Positions 49,803 to 58,927 of a stretch of 64,000 bases of DNA are shown here, piece by piece. The notes beneath the pieces were generated by a model, which had not been told where the DNA came from, searched no databases, and worked only from the letters and a program-made list of their open reading frames with translations. A program made the translations under genes and the position numbers. Origin of the DNA: an uncultured Actinomycetes bacterium (lineage in GTDB: Bacteria > Actinomycetota > Thermoleophilia > UBA2241); the NCBI GenBank assembly GCA_963755025.1, contig CAVWIH010000033.1, positions 1-64,000 on the forward strand, read 5' to 3'. Position 1 is the first letter of the stretch, and every line of letters starts with the position of its first letter.

Positions 49803-51242
49803 CTCGGCTGCGGCGATGATGTCGTCGAACTCGCGGCCCAGGTCGGCGGGGAACGGGGGCGCGTCGGCGGCCAGCAGCTCGTCGACCCTGGCCTGGGCGC
49901 GCGCGCTGGTGCTCGGCGCGCCGGCCGCCTGCCAGCCCTCGTAGGTGCCGGTCTCGCCGAGCTTGGCCTGCCAGAGCTCGCGCACGTGGGCGCGGGTGTG
50001 GTTGTCGAACAGGTAGCCGCCCTTGAAGCCGAGCTTGCCGATCAGCTCGACGGCGAGGTGCTCGCGGTCGACCGTGACGCCGCGCAGCAGGCGGCTCACC
50101 ATGCCGAAGACCTCATCGGCCACGACGAGCTCTTCGAGCGACATCTGGGTGACCGAGTCGAGCAGGCCCGCGCCGAACAGAAAGTCGGCGCCGGCGAACA
50201 GTTCGAGCATCATGCCGAGGGTGTTCTCGTAGGCCGCCTGGGCGCCGGGCTCCTTGTCTTTGGTGCCGCCCCAGCCCAGGCCGGCCGGCAGGCCGTAGAA
50301 GCGCGCCATCTGCGCCTGCACGGCGCGCAGCAGCAGGGCCTCGGGGACGTTGGCGAAGTAGGCGCCGGTGCGCATGTACAGCGCGGTCGGCCCGCCCGCG
50401 TGGATGAGCCGGGCGCCGGGGTGGGCGAGCTGGATGGCGGTGATCGCGCCGAGGATCTCGGCGTTATTGACGACCGCCGTGCCGGCCGGCGTGACGGGCG
50501 CCGTGGCGCCCAGGATGGGCATGGGGTAGAGCATCATGGGAATGCCGGCGTCGGCCAGCGTGAAGGCGAGGTCCATGCCGAAGCGCTCCTGGTGGAGCGG
50601 GCTCACGGTGCACAGGATGACCGAGAAGGTGGGGCGCTCGTAGAGCTCGGCGGCGCCCCCGGCCACGGCCTCGGCCATGCGGATGAGGTCGCGTGCCTCG
50701 GTCTCGTCTTTGACCGAGACCACGATGGCGTGCTTTTCGGAGGCGCGCATGCAGGCGTCGAACTCGTGCAGCACGCGCGTCTCGACGGGGCAGTCCTGGG
50801 CCGACACCAGGGCCGAGGTGGCGGAGATGTTGTCGAGGCCCTGGACGACCTTGGCGGCGGCGCTCACGTCGGTCTTGGTCGAGGCGCGCACCGTGCCGTC
50901 GTGCTCGCGCACGAACGTGGCGCAGCCGTCGGAGGTGATGTAGGCGTGCTGCCTGTCGAGCGGCAGGTCGTAGGCAGGCGTGCGGCCGCCGAGCGTGAAG
51001 CCGTGGGGCAGCGTGGCGAGGGCGCGCTCGACCAACTCGGGCGGCAGCTTGGCCACGGTGGTCTCGTAGTCGACCTGCGCGCCGGCTTCGGCGAGCACGT
51101 CGAGGGCGTGCCGCGAGTAGTAGACGCAGCCCACCTCGCTCAAGATGTCGAGCGAGGTCTCGTGGATGCGGCGTACCTCGTCGGGCGAGACGATCTCGAG
51201 CGGCCGGCGAGTGCCTACGCGGCGGGTCTCGGCGTGGGTCAC
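49797..51242 (-). CDS. MttB family methyltransferase, non-pyrrolysine, paralog 4
   Basis: AGGAGG RBS then GTG at 51242; collinear with paralog 3 ('CTVSPLHQERFGMDLA', 'LFDNHTRAHVRELWQAKLGE'). Confidence 0.9.
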   Translation of the reverse strand: MTHAETRRVGTRRPLEIVSPDEVRRIHETSLDILSEVGCVYYSRHALDVLAEAGAQVDYETTVAKLPPELVERALATLPHGFTLGGRTPAYDLPLDRQHAYITSDGCATFVREHDGTVRASTKTDVSAAAKVVQGLDNISATSALVSAQDCPVETRVLHEFDACMRASEKHAIVVSVKDETEARDLIRMAEAVAGGAAELYERPTFSVILCTVSPLHQERFGMDLAFTLADAGIPMMLYPMPILGATAPVTPAGTAVVNNAEILGAITAIQLAHPGARLIHAGGPTALYMRTGAYFANVPEALLLRAVQAQMARFYGLPAGLGWGGTKDKEPGAQAAYENTLGMMLELFAGADFLFGAGLLDSVTQMSLEELVVADEVFGMVSRLLRGVTVDREHLAVELIGKLGFKGGYLFDNHTRAHVRELWQAKLGETGTYEGWQAAGAPSTSARAQARVDELLAADAPPFPADLGREFDDIIAAAEC

Positions 51243-51250
51243 GGGGCCTC

Positions 51251-52333
51251 CTAAAGGTCGGTGGCGGTCGCCGGCGAGTCGCCGGCGGCGATGAAGCGTT
51301 GCGTGACGTACGGCGACGTGACGGCGCGTACCAGCGCGTCGTAGTCGCAGGCGAACTCGACGATCGTGCCCGGGCGCAGCTCGCGTGGCGTGATGAGCAC
51401 GCCGACGTCGCTCGTCATGCCGGCCAGCCAGGCGCCGTCGATCAGGGGGCGCAGGCCCTGCGGCTCGCAGTCGCGGCGCCCGAGCGCCACGAGGGTGTGC
51501 CAGGCGGGCTCGTCGGGCAGCGCGGTGTCGGGCACGTGGCCGAAGGCGTCGAGCCCGGCGGCCCCGGGCGGCGCCGGGGGCTTGAAGATCGATTCGAGCA
51601 CGGTCGCGCTGAGGATGGGGTCGACGCGGTCGAGTCCGTCGAGCGGCGAGTTCGACACGAAGTCGTAGCCGTACAGCGGTCCGCCGCCGGCGCGGATCTC
51701 GGTGCGGAAGCGCGGCTTGAAGCCGTCGAGGTGCTGCAGGCAGCAGGAGCCGCCCAGCGAAAGCACGGGCGTGTCGATCGCGGCCGCCTCGGCGACGGCG
51801 GCGAGCACCCGTTCGGCGCGGCGGAACATCGCCAGGCTGGGGAGCTGGCCCGACAGGCAGGCGAAGTTGACCGAGATGCCGGAAAGCACGGTGCCGGGCA
51901 GGCCGGCGAGCCGGCGGGCGGCCTCGCCGGCCAGGCCGGGCAGCACGCCTTCGCGGCGGTCGCCGAGGTCGACGGTGAGCAGCAGTTCGATGGGCAGGCC
52001 GGGCGCGCGGACGCCCAGGGCGGCGGCCGTGGACGGGTCGCACAGCAGGACGCGATCGGCGACCTGGGCGGCCGCCGGTACGTCGCGGGGCTCGGGCGCG
52101 CGCAACAGGGTGAGCGGCGCCAGCGCGTGCGCGGCGAGGCGCACGAGGGCGGGCAGGCGGGAGTCGGCGAGGCCGGCTGCGCCGGCCTCGAGCATGGTGC
52201 GCCCGACCGACGGCTCGCCGTCGATGGCTTTGGTCACGCCGACGAGCTCGATGCCGGCGAGCAGCAGTCGTTCGGCGAGGGTGCGCGTGGCACGGTCGAT
52301 GGCGTCGAGATCGAGGGTGAGCTGGGGCTGCAT
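51251..52333 (-). CDS. Alanine-racemase-fold PLP enzyme, ornithine racemase (Orr)-like
   Basis: PLP Lys in 'GVTKA', 'ADSRL', 'VDLGDRREG', second-base Cys in 'VNFACLSG', 'SLGGS', 'GMTSD'. Confidence 0.8.
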   Translation of the reverse strand: MQPQLTLDLDAIDRATRTLAERLLLAGIELVGVTKAIDGEPSVGRTMLEAGAAGLADSRLPALVRLAAHALAPLTLLRAPEPRDVPAAAQVADRVLLCDPSTAAALGVRAPGLPIELLLTVDLGDRREGVLPGLAGEAARRLAGLPGTVLSGISVNFACLSGQLPSLAMFRRAERVLAAVAEAAAIDTPVLSLGGSCCLQHLDGFKPRFRTEIRAGGGPLYGYDFVSNSPLDGLDRVDPILSATVLESIFKPPAPPGAAGLDAFGHVPDTALPDEPAWHTLVALGRRDCEPQGLRPLIDGAWLAGMTSDVGVLITPRELRPGTIVEFACDYDALVRAVTSPYVTQRFIAAGDSPATATDL

Positions 52334-52552
52334 GGCGACCTGTGGTGTCGGCGTTGGCCTGCCCGGACGGCAGGGGGACCCACCTGCTTCTAGTAGTCGT
52401 GAAACGTGTCGCCGAAGGTGGCGGCGCAGCGCTTTCGCGAGATGGATGTCGGGCGTGTACGCAAAAGTCGAACGCTCGGTCGGTGGCCGCGCGGGGACAG
52501 TATAATCGGGCGGCAGGGTTGCGCCAACTGAGGCACGGACGGTGAGGCAGGC

Positions 52553-54010
52553 ATGGGCGATCTCGGCGGCGACATCACGGTGCGCGACGGCCACCTTACC
52601 CTCGACGGAGTCGACCTGGTCGAGCTCGCCCGGCGGGCGCCGACGCCGTTCTTCGTCTACTCGCCGCGGCGCATCCGCTGGAACGTGAGCAGCCTGGTCA
52701 ACGCCTTCACCCGGCGCCACCTCGACACCGAGATCTACTTCGCCAGCAAGGCCTGCTCGAACCTGTGGTTCCTGGGCGAGGTGCGGCGCACCGGCATCAA
52801 CGTCGAGGTCAACTCGGGCGGCGAGCTCTGGAAGGCGCGGCGCGCCGGCTTTGCCCCCCGGCAGATCATCTTCAACGGCGTCGCCAAGACGCGCGACGAG
52901 ATCGGCGCCGCGCTGGTCGCCGGCGTCGCCGGCCTCACGGTCGACTCGCTCTACGAGCTCGAGCGCATCGGCGAGGTGGCCGCCGCGCTCGACTGCGCCG
53001 CGCCGGTCGACTTGCGCATCGACCTGAACGTGCCGACGCTGACCCACCCCGGCCTGGTGACCGCCCACGGCGGCAAGTTCGGCATCGACTTAGACGACGC
53101 GCCCGACGCCTTTGCCTACGCGGCCGCTAGCAAGGCGCTCGACCTGCGCGGCCTGCACGTGCACGTGGGCTCGCAGATCACCGGCGCCGAGCCCTACCGG
53201 GCGGCCCTCGGCAAGGCGCTCGACCTGGTCGACGAGCTCGCCGCGGGCGGCATCCGCCTGGAGCGCCTGAACGCGGGGGGCGGCTTCGCCATCCCGTATC
53301 GCGACCAGTCCGTGTGCGAGTCGTCGGATTACTTCTGCGCGCCGCTCACGATCGACGACTACGCCGAAGCCATCTGCGAGACCCTCGAGCGGCGCGCTCC
53401 CGGGCTCAAGCTGCTGCTCGAGCCAGGCCGCTTCATCGCCGGGAACACGGCCCTGCTCGTGACGACCATCGAGAACGCCAAGGTCAAGGGCCTGCGCGAC
53501 CCCGCGGGCATCCGCGTGGGCGAAGAGCGCTGGCTCACGGTCGACGCCGGCTTCAACACCCTGCTCGAGCACACCAACTACCGCTGGTACTACCGCGCCG
53601 TGGTGGCCAGCCGCGCCGACGAAGACGCGGACACGCCGTTCCGCCTGGCGGGGCCGCTGTGCGACGGCGGCGACGTGTTCGCCGGCGACGACGACACGCC
53701 CTACCGGCGCTTTCCGGCGGCGAGCGCGCCCGGCGACGTGGTCGCGTTCTTCGACGCCGGCGCCTACACGCTCGAGCTCATGACCCCCTACAACGCCCGG
53801 CCCACGGCCGCCGCCTACGCCGCCGAGCGCGGCGAGGCCCGTCCGATCCGCCTGGCCGAGGGCCTCGAGGGACTGGTGTCGGCCGACGTCGCTCCCGGCG
53901 TCGCAGCAGACCGCTCGAGCGCTCCTGCGGCCGCGCCCCGCTCGAGCGCTCCCGCCGCGGCGCCCGCAACGCGTGCAACGCGCGGCGCGAAGGCCGACGA
54001 CTGCGGGTAG
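52553..54010 (+). CDS. lysA: Diaminopimelate decarboxylase-like fold-III PLP decarboxylase
   Basis: 'FASKAC', 'NGVAK', 'KFGI', 'HVHVGSQ', 'GGGF', 'EPGR', 'GPLCDGGD', 'GAY'; TATAAT at 52501; substrate not certain. Confidence 0.75.
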   Translation: MGDLGGDITVRDGHLTLDGVDLVELARRAPTPFFVYSPRRIRWNVSSLVNAFTRRHLDTEIYFASKACSNLWFLGEVRRTGINVEVNSGGELWKARRAGFAPRQIIFNGVAKTRDEIGAALVAGVAGLTVDSLYELERIGEVAAALDCAAPVDLRIDLNVPTLTHPGLVTAHGGKFGIDLDDAPDAFAYAAASKALDLRGLHVHVGSQITGAEPYRAALGKALDLVDELAAGGIRLERLNAGGGFAIPYRDQSVCESSDYFCAPLTIDDYAEAICETLERRAPGLKLLLEPGRFIAGNTALLVTTIENAKVKGLRDPAGIRVGEERWLTVDAGFNTLLEHTNYRWYYRAVVASRADEDADTPFRLAGPLCDGGDVFAGDDDTPYRRFPAASAPGDVVAFFDAGAYTLELMTPYNARPTAAAYAAERGEARPIRLAEGLEGLVSADVAPGVAADRSSAPAAAPRSSAPAAAPATRATRGAKADDCG

Positions 54011-54130
54011 CGCGCGTAACGCGCGGTGCGAAGGCCGACGACTGCGGGTAGCGTGCGTAATGCGCGGTGCGAAGGCCGACGACTGCACGTAGCGCCGGCC
54101 GCCAAGTCCGACGACTGCGGGTAGCGCGCG
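53977..54130. repeat. About 3.6 copies of a 41-bp unit containing the lysA stop codon
   Basis: aacgcgcgg(c/t)gcgaaggccgacgactgcgggtagcg(c/t)gcgt at 53977, 54018, 54059 (degenerate) and a partial copy near 54103. Confidence 0.9.
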
Positions 54131-54153
54131 CGGCGACTGGTCGGAACGGCGGC

Positions 54154-55254
54154 CTACAGCGCGGCGGCGAGCTGCGCGTCGAGGCCGGCCGTGACGGCGA
54201 ACTTGAGCGCGAGGTCGCAGAAGGCGCGCGTGTTGGGCAGCGCGCGACGGTGCAGCTGGGCGGGCTGGGCGAACGCAGCCACCGGCATGATGACCTCGAC
54301 GCCGGCCGCCCGGCAGGCCGACACGACCTCGTCGCGGCGCGCGCGCGACGGCGCCAGGGCGATCGTCCACTGCCAGTTGGGCTCTCCGCCCTCGCCCACG
54401 TCGAGCACCGCCAGGCCGGCGGCGTGCAGCCGCCGGCTCACCGTCGAGGCGAGCTCGCGGCGGCGAGCGACGGCCTCGGTGAGCCCGGCGAGCACGCGCG
54501 CTCCGGCCGATGCCGCAGCTTCGTCGATGCGGTAGCCGTTGACCATGCCGTCGGCACAGTCGTGCGAGAAGCATTCGTCGTCGGTGGCGATGACGGTCGA
54601 GCGCAGCGCGATCAGGTGGCGTTCGAGGTTCTCAGCGGCGGTCGAGATGAGGCCGCCCGCCGACGGCGAGCCGCCGAAGGCGAAGGTCGCGAGCTTGCCG
54701 GTCGAGCCCACCGGGTGGCCCCCGACTGTGGCGCCCAGCGCCGCGCGGCAGTCTTCGATCAGGGCGATGCCGCGGTCGTCGGCGACGCGGCGCAGATCGT
54801 CGGTGGGGGAGGGGTACCCGGCTTCGTGGACGGTGAGCAGTGCCCGCGTACGCGGACCGATGAGGCGGTTGGCGTCGGCGGCTTCGAGGAACGGCCGGTG
54901 AGGCGCCTCGATGTCGGCGAAGATGGGGCGGCCGCCGGCGAGGATGACGAGGTTGGCGATCGCCGACGACGAGACGGCCGGCATGATGACTTCGCCGCCG
55001 TCGCCCACGTCGATCGCGAGCAAGGCGAGGTGCAGGGCGGCCGAACCTCCGGCGACCGGCACGACGCGCCGTTCGAGGAGGGCCTCGGCGGCCTTCTGCA
55101 GGCGTACCGCCGCGGCTCCCTGGGTGAGCCAGCCGGACTTAAGGGCGCCCGCTGTAAGGTCGGCGCTCTCGCGCTCGCTGTCGCCGGTCACGGTCCGCTT
55201 GCGTGGGAACCTGACCACCTTGTCGTCGCTCGATTCCACCTGCTTGCCCCTCAT
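54154..55254 (-). CDS. DegT/DnrJ/EryC1/StrS-family PLP aminotransferase homolog, degenerate active site
   Basis: 'SGWLTQG', 'GSAALHLALLA...GEVIMP', 'IEDCRAALGA', 'NGYRIDE'; the segment expected to hold the PLP lysine reads 'FAFGGSPSAGG'. Confidence 0.75.
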   Translation of the reverse strand: MRGKQVESSDDKVVRFPRKRTVTGDSERESADLTAGALKSGWLTQGAAAVRLQKAAEALLERRVVPVAGGSAALHLALLAIDVGDGGEVIMPAVSSSAIANLVILAGGRPIFADIEAPHRPFLEAADANRLIGPRTRALLTVHEAGYPSPTDDLRRVADDRGIALIEDCRAALGATVGGHPVGSTGKLATFAFGGSPSAGGLISTAAENLERHLIALRSTVIATDDECFSHDCADGMVNGYRIDEAAASAGARVLAGLTEAVARRRELASTVSRRLHAAGLAVLDVGEGGEPNWQWTIALAPSRARRDEVVSACRAAGVEVIMPVAAFAQPAQLHRRALPNTRAFCDLALKFAVTAGLDAQLAAAL

Positions 55255-55419
55255 CTGTCGCTACCGCATGACACCGCAAGAGCTGCGTACCCGTTCTCGC
55301 TGGAAACAAGGCGTGTGGCGGCGGGCGGCGGCGGGGCGGCGGCGGGCGGCGGACGGGGGTCGTAGCGCCGCGACGCGAGGCGGGGGACGGGCGGTCCGCG
55401 GGAGCGTGGAACCGCGACG

Positions 55420-55468
55420 CGCGGCGGGCGGCGGCGGGCCGGGGACCGGCCCGCCGCCGCCCGCCGCG
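55420..55468. terminator. 23-bp perfect GC hairpin downstream of the amidase gene
   Basis: cgcggcgggcggcggcgggccgg-gga-ccggcccgccgccgcccgccgcg. Confidence 0.65.
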
Positions 55469-55528
55469 AGCACCGGTCGGCTGCAGGATGCCGCGCGCAT
55501 GCTCTGGCGTGAGTCGCGACGCGGATGG

Positions 55529-56695
55529 TCAGATGACGACCGTGGCCCGCGTATGGGCGAAGCGGTAGCGGCAGGAGGAGCTGCCCAGCTTCCAGTAGAC
55601 GTGGTAGTGGTCGGTGGTGTGGGCGTCGACCACCCGTTGCCCGGCGCTGTTGGTGCCGACGAGCTCGGCCACGTGGTCCCAGGTGCCGTCGCCGGTCCAG
55701 TCGTAGTAGATGAAGTCGCCGGTCGTGAGGTCGCTGACCGACGACACGAAGTCGGTGTATTTGAGGTTCCAGGCGCCCTGCTGGTTGGTGACCGCGATCC
55801 AGGCGTGGCTGTAGGTGTCGTTGCCCGGCGCGCTGCTGCCGTTCTTGTCGTACCACCAGCCCGAGGCGTAGGTGCTGCCGAACTGCGGGTAGCCGCCGGC
55901 GTACATGACCTGCGAGCCGAAGTTCGCGCAGTCGGCGCTGAAGCTCGTGTAGGTGGGGTTGTAGGAGAGCGCGTAGCGGTCGGCGTAGGCCTTGGCGGCG
56001 GCGCGGTCGTAGCTGAGCTGGGCCACGTAGCCGGGCGCCGCGTCGACGGCCGTGGGCGCCGGCGCGACCGTGGGTACGTTACGCACGCGTTGTTCGAGGC
56101 GGCTCGCCGCCGCCGCGACGGCCTTTGCCGGCGCACCGGCGGCTTCGAGCAGGCGCGGCGTGAGGTCGGACGTGTAGCGGTCGGCGGTGACCAGCCAGCG
56201 GCCGTGACGGTGCACGAGGGTGAGCACGTGATCGAGGCCCTCGCCGTCTGAGTCGGTGCGGCCGGCGCGGCTTGTCCAGGTGTCGAGGGTGACGGCGCGA
56301 GCGCCGACCGTGGCGACGCCGGTCGTGGGCGAGACGTGCACGGCGCTCAGCGTGATGTGGCAGGCGACCGCCGTGGTGGTGTGGCCCAGTGCGGCGGCCA
56401 GACGGCGCGCGCCGACCGCCAGGGTAGCCTCGCGGCGCGCGAGCGCCGTGCCCGGCGCGCAACGCGCGGCGAGGCTTCGGGCCTGGGCGGGGCCGAGCAC
56501 GGCGTGGGCGCGCGCCTGCAGGTAGGCGGCGGCCGCCGCCGCGGGCCCGGCGGCGGCGCGGGCCGCGGCGGCACGCGGGCCGTGGAGCGCCGCCGCGACC
56601 GGGGCGCGGTGTGCGGCGGCCAGCGGCGGCGCCGCGGCGAGTGGGACGACGAGCAGCGCAAGCAGCGCCGTTCGCGGGTGCGGGAGGTGGAGCAT
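55529..56695 (-). CDS. Secreted putative amidase (Amidase_6 / NlpC-P60-like) protein
   Basis: Signal peptide; 'YDRAAAKAYADRYA', 'DCANFGSQ', 'GDFIYYDW', 'DHVAELVG', 'DAHTTD'. Confidence 0.85.
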   Translation of the reverse strand: MLHLPHPRTALLALLVVPLAAAPPLAAAHRAPVAAALHGPRAAAARAAAGPAAAAAAYLQARAHAVLGPAQARSLAARCAPGTALARREATLAVGARRLAAALGHTTTAVACHITLSAVHVSPTTGVATVGARAVTLDTWTSRAGRTDSDGEGLDHVLTLVHRHGRWLVTADRYTSDLTPRLLEAAGAPAKAVAAAASRLEQRVRNVPTVAPAPTAVDAAPGYVAQLSYDRAAAKAYADRYALSYNPTYTSFSADCANFGSQVMYAGGYPQFGSTYASGWWYDKNGSSAPGNDTYSHAWIAVTNQQGAWNLKYTDFVSSVSDLTTGDFIYYDWTGDGTWDHVAELVGTNSAGQRVVDAHTTDHYHVYWKLGSSSCRYRFAHTRATVVI

Positions 56696-56717
56696 GGCGA
56701 CCCCCTTTCGGGTCGGT

Positions 56718-57359
56718 TTACGGGCTTGTGCGGACCGCCTTGACCAGCCAGTCCCCCGCGCTCCGGTCTCGCGCCAGAGTGAAGTACAGCGTCGTCGGGC
56801 CGCCCGGCAGCGGGCAGCCCCGCCGCACCGTGAGGCGCACGGTCGCGGCGAGGGTGACGACGTCGGCGCGAGAGTCTCCCCAGACTCGCGCCGAGATGAA
56901 GTCGATACGACGGATGGTGTGCAGGCTGCGCCACGGCCAGTCGCGCCTGCCGGCGAGCAGCCGGTGGGCGGCCGCCAGGCGGCGCTTGCTGACGAGGCGG
57001 CTGAACTGCGCGACGGTGCAGGCCGCTTCGAGGCCCCTGGTGCCGACGCTCTCGGCAGCCTGCGTGCCGCCGGCCGGTGCGCCCTGCACCGGTGCGCCGC
57101 CGGCCGACGCGCCTTGCACCGGCGTGCCCTGCGCTTGCGCGTCTTGCACCGGCGCGTCGCCGGCCGACGCGCCGGGGAGCGGCGAGCCCGAGGCCGCAGG
57201 CCTCGGGCTCGCCGCTACGGCGGTGGGCCCTGCCGGCGCCGAGGGGCCGAGTGCCGTCCGCCCGCAGGCCGCCCAGACCCCCACGACCGCGAGCACCGCG
57301 GCGCCGGCGACCAGCCAGCGGGCGGCGGCGACGAGCAGGCGATGGGAGCGCAGGTCCAT
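56718..57359 (-). CDS. Hypothetical exported protein / possible lipoprotein
   Basis: Hydrophobic N-terminus ending 'WAAC'; three '(A/T)PVQ' repeats; C-terminal '...YFTLARDRSAGDWLV'. Confidence 0.55.
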   Translation of the reverse strand: MDLRSHRLLVAAARWLVAGAAVLAVVGVWAACGRTALGPSAPAGPTAVAASPRPAASGSPLPGASAGDAPVQDAQAQGTPVQGASAGGAPVQGAPAGGTQAAESVGTRGLEAACTVAQFSRLVSKRRLAAAHRLLAGRRDWPWRSLHTIRRIDFISARVWGDSRADVVTLAATVRLTVRRGCPLPGGPTTLYFTLARDRSAGDWLVKAVRTSP

Positions 57360-57469
57360 GCCGTCGATGCTGCGCCCGTGCCGCGAGAGCGACAAGGATG
57401 ACGACCGGCTCTTCGCGGTGACGTTCGCGAGGGGAGCGACGATGGCCACGTTCGGGCCGCGACCCGCGC

Positions 57470-57510
57470 GGGTATTGTTGACAAGACTTATCGAGTTCCT
57501 GTACGAATCG
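57470..57510 (+). promoter_or_regulatory. Promoter and probable Rrf2 operator of the cysteine operon
   Basis: AT-rich island ggtattgTTGACAagacttatcgagttcctgtacgaat just before the start codon; no RBS, so possibly leaderless. Confidence 0.55.
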
Positions 57511-57517
57511 ACCGTCG

Positions 57518-57961
57518 ATGAATATCTCCGCCAAAAGCAAGTACGCCGTGCGCGCCTTGGTCGAGCTCGCCGAACGCAGCCAGTCGCAGCCCGAGCGCCT
57601 CGTGCGGCTGACCGACGTGGCCGGCGCGCGCGGCATCCCGCTGCAGTTCCTCGAGCAGCTCTTCGCGGCGCTGCGCCGCGCGGGGATCGTCAACAGCCGG
57701 CGCGGCGCCAGCGGCGGGTTCCTGCTCGCCCGGCCGGCGGCCAAGATCACCGTCCTCGAGGTGGTCGAGGTGCTCGACGGCCTGGTGTCGCCGGCGGTGT
57801 GCACCCAGGGCGAGTGCCAGCGCATCGAAGAGTGCGGCCCCGCGGCCGTGTGGCTCGAAGCCAAGGAGGCCCTCGAGCAGGTGTTGCGCCAGACCACGAT
57901 CGCCGATCTCGTCGAGCGCGAGCGCCTGCGCGTGCCGCACGAGGCCATGTACTACATCTAG
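57518..57961 (+). CDS. Rrf2 family regulator (CymR/IscR-like) with three Cys
   Basis: 'KYAVRALVELA', 'FLEQLFAALRRAGIVNSRRGASGGF', 'CTQGECQRIEEC', C-terminal 'MYYI'. Confidence 0.92.
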   Translation: MNISAKSKYAVRALVELAERSQSQPERLVRLTDVAGARGIPLQFLEQLFAALRRAGIVNSRRGASGGFLLARPAAKITVLEVVEVLDGLVSPAVCTQGECQRIEECGPAAVWLEAKEALEQVLRQTTIADLVERERLRVPHEAMYYI

Positions 57962-57973
57962 CCGGAGGACCGC

Positions 57974-58927
57974 GTGAACATCGCAGACGACATCACCACC
58001 CTGATCGGCGGCACCCCGCTCGTGCGCCTGCGGGCGCTCTCGGAGCGCAGCGGCGCGAACATCGTGGGCAAGCTCGAGTCGTTCAACCCGGGCGGCAGCG
58101 TCAAGGACCGCATAGGCCTGGCCATGGTCGACGCCGCCGAGCAGGCCGGCACCATCGCGCCGGGACGCACCACCCTGGTCGAGCCGACCAGCGGCAACAC
58201 CGGCATCGCCCTGGCCCTCATGGCCGCGGCGCGCGGCTACCGGCTCGTCCTCACCATGCCCGACACATTCAGCATCGAGCGGCGCAACCTGCTGCGCGCC
58301 TACGGCGCCGAGCTCGTGCTCACGCCCGGTGCCGAGGGCATGCGCGGCGCCATCGCCCGCGCCGGAGAGCTCGTGGCCGCGGCCGACGACGCCTTCATGC
58401 CGCAGCAGTTCGAAAACCCGGCCAACCCGGCCATCCATCGCGCCACCACCGCCGAAGAGATTTGGCGCGACACCGACGGCGCGGTCGACGCGTTCGTGGC
58501 CGGCGTGGGCACCGGCGGCACTCTCACGGGCGTGGGCCAGGTGCTCAAGGAGCGCAAGCCCGGGGTCAAGGTCTACGCGGTCGAGCCGGCCAAGTCGCCG
58601 GTGCTGTCGGGCGGTCAGCCCGGGCCGCACCGCATCCAAGGCATCGGCGCCGGCTTTATCCCCGCCGTCCTCGACGTCGACGTCTACGACGAGATCATCA
58701 AGGTGCCGGGCGACAAGGCCATGGAGACGGCCCGCGCCCTGGCGTCGGGCGAGGGCATCCTGGTGGGCATCTCGGCCGGCGCCAACGCCTTCGCCGCCGC
58801 CGAGATCGGCGCGCGCCCCGAGTACCGCGGCAAGCTCATCGTCACCGTGCTGTGCGACACCGGCGAACGCTACCTCTCGACGCCCCTGTTCGCCGATCAG
58901 GGCGCGCCGGCCATGACGGGCGGCTGA
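57974..58927 (+). CDS. cysK: Cysteine synthase A
   Basis: 'NPGGSVKDR', 'EPTSGNTG', 'GVGTGGT', '[10 protein letters not shown]', 'DTGERYLST'. Confidence 0.96.
   Translation: MNIADDITTLIGGTPLVRLRALSERSGANIVGKLESFNPGGSVKDRIGLAMVDAAEQAGTIAPGRTTLVEPTSGNTGIALALMAAARGYRLVLTMPDTFSIERRNLLRAYGAELVLTPGAEGMRGAIARAGELVAAADDAFMPQQFENPANPAIHRATTAEEIWRDTDGAVDAFVAGVGTGGTLTGVGQVLKERKPGVKVYAVEPAKSPVLSGGQPGPHRIQGIGAGFIPAVLDVDVYDEIIKVPGDKAMETARALASGEGILVGISAGANAFAAAEIGARPEYRGKLIVTVLCDTGERYLSTPLFADQGAPAMTGG

Noticed and set aside
53977-54130. Possible CRISPR array (also considered at 9247-9360, 1645-1764 and 25867-25986)
   Set aside because: Units are head-to-tail with no unique spacers, and no cas genes are present.
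55316-55360. G-quadruplex-like (GGC)n tract
   Set aside because: Such tracts are common at this GC content and nothing else supports a function.
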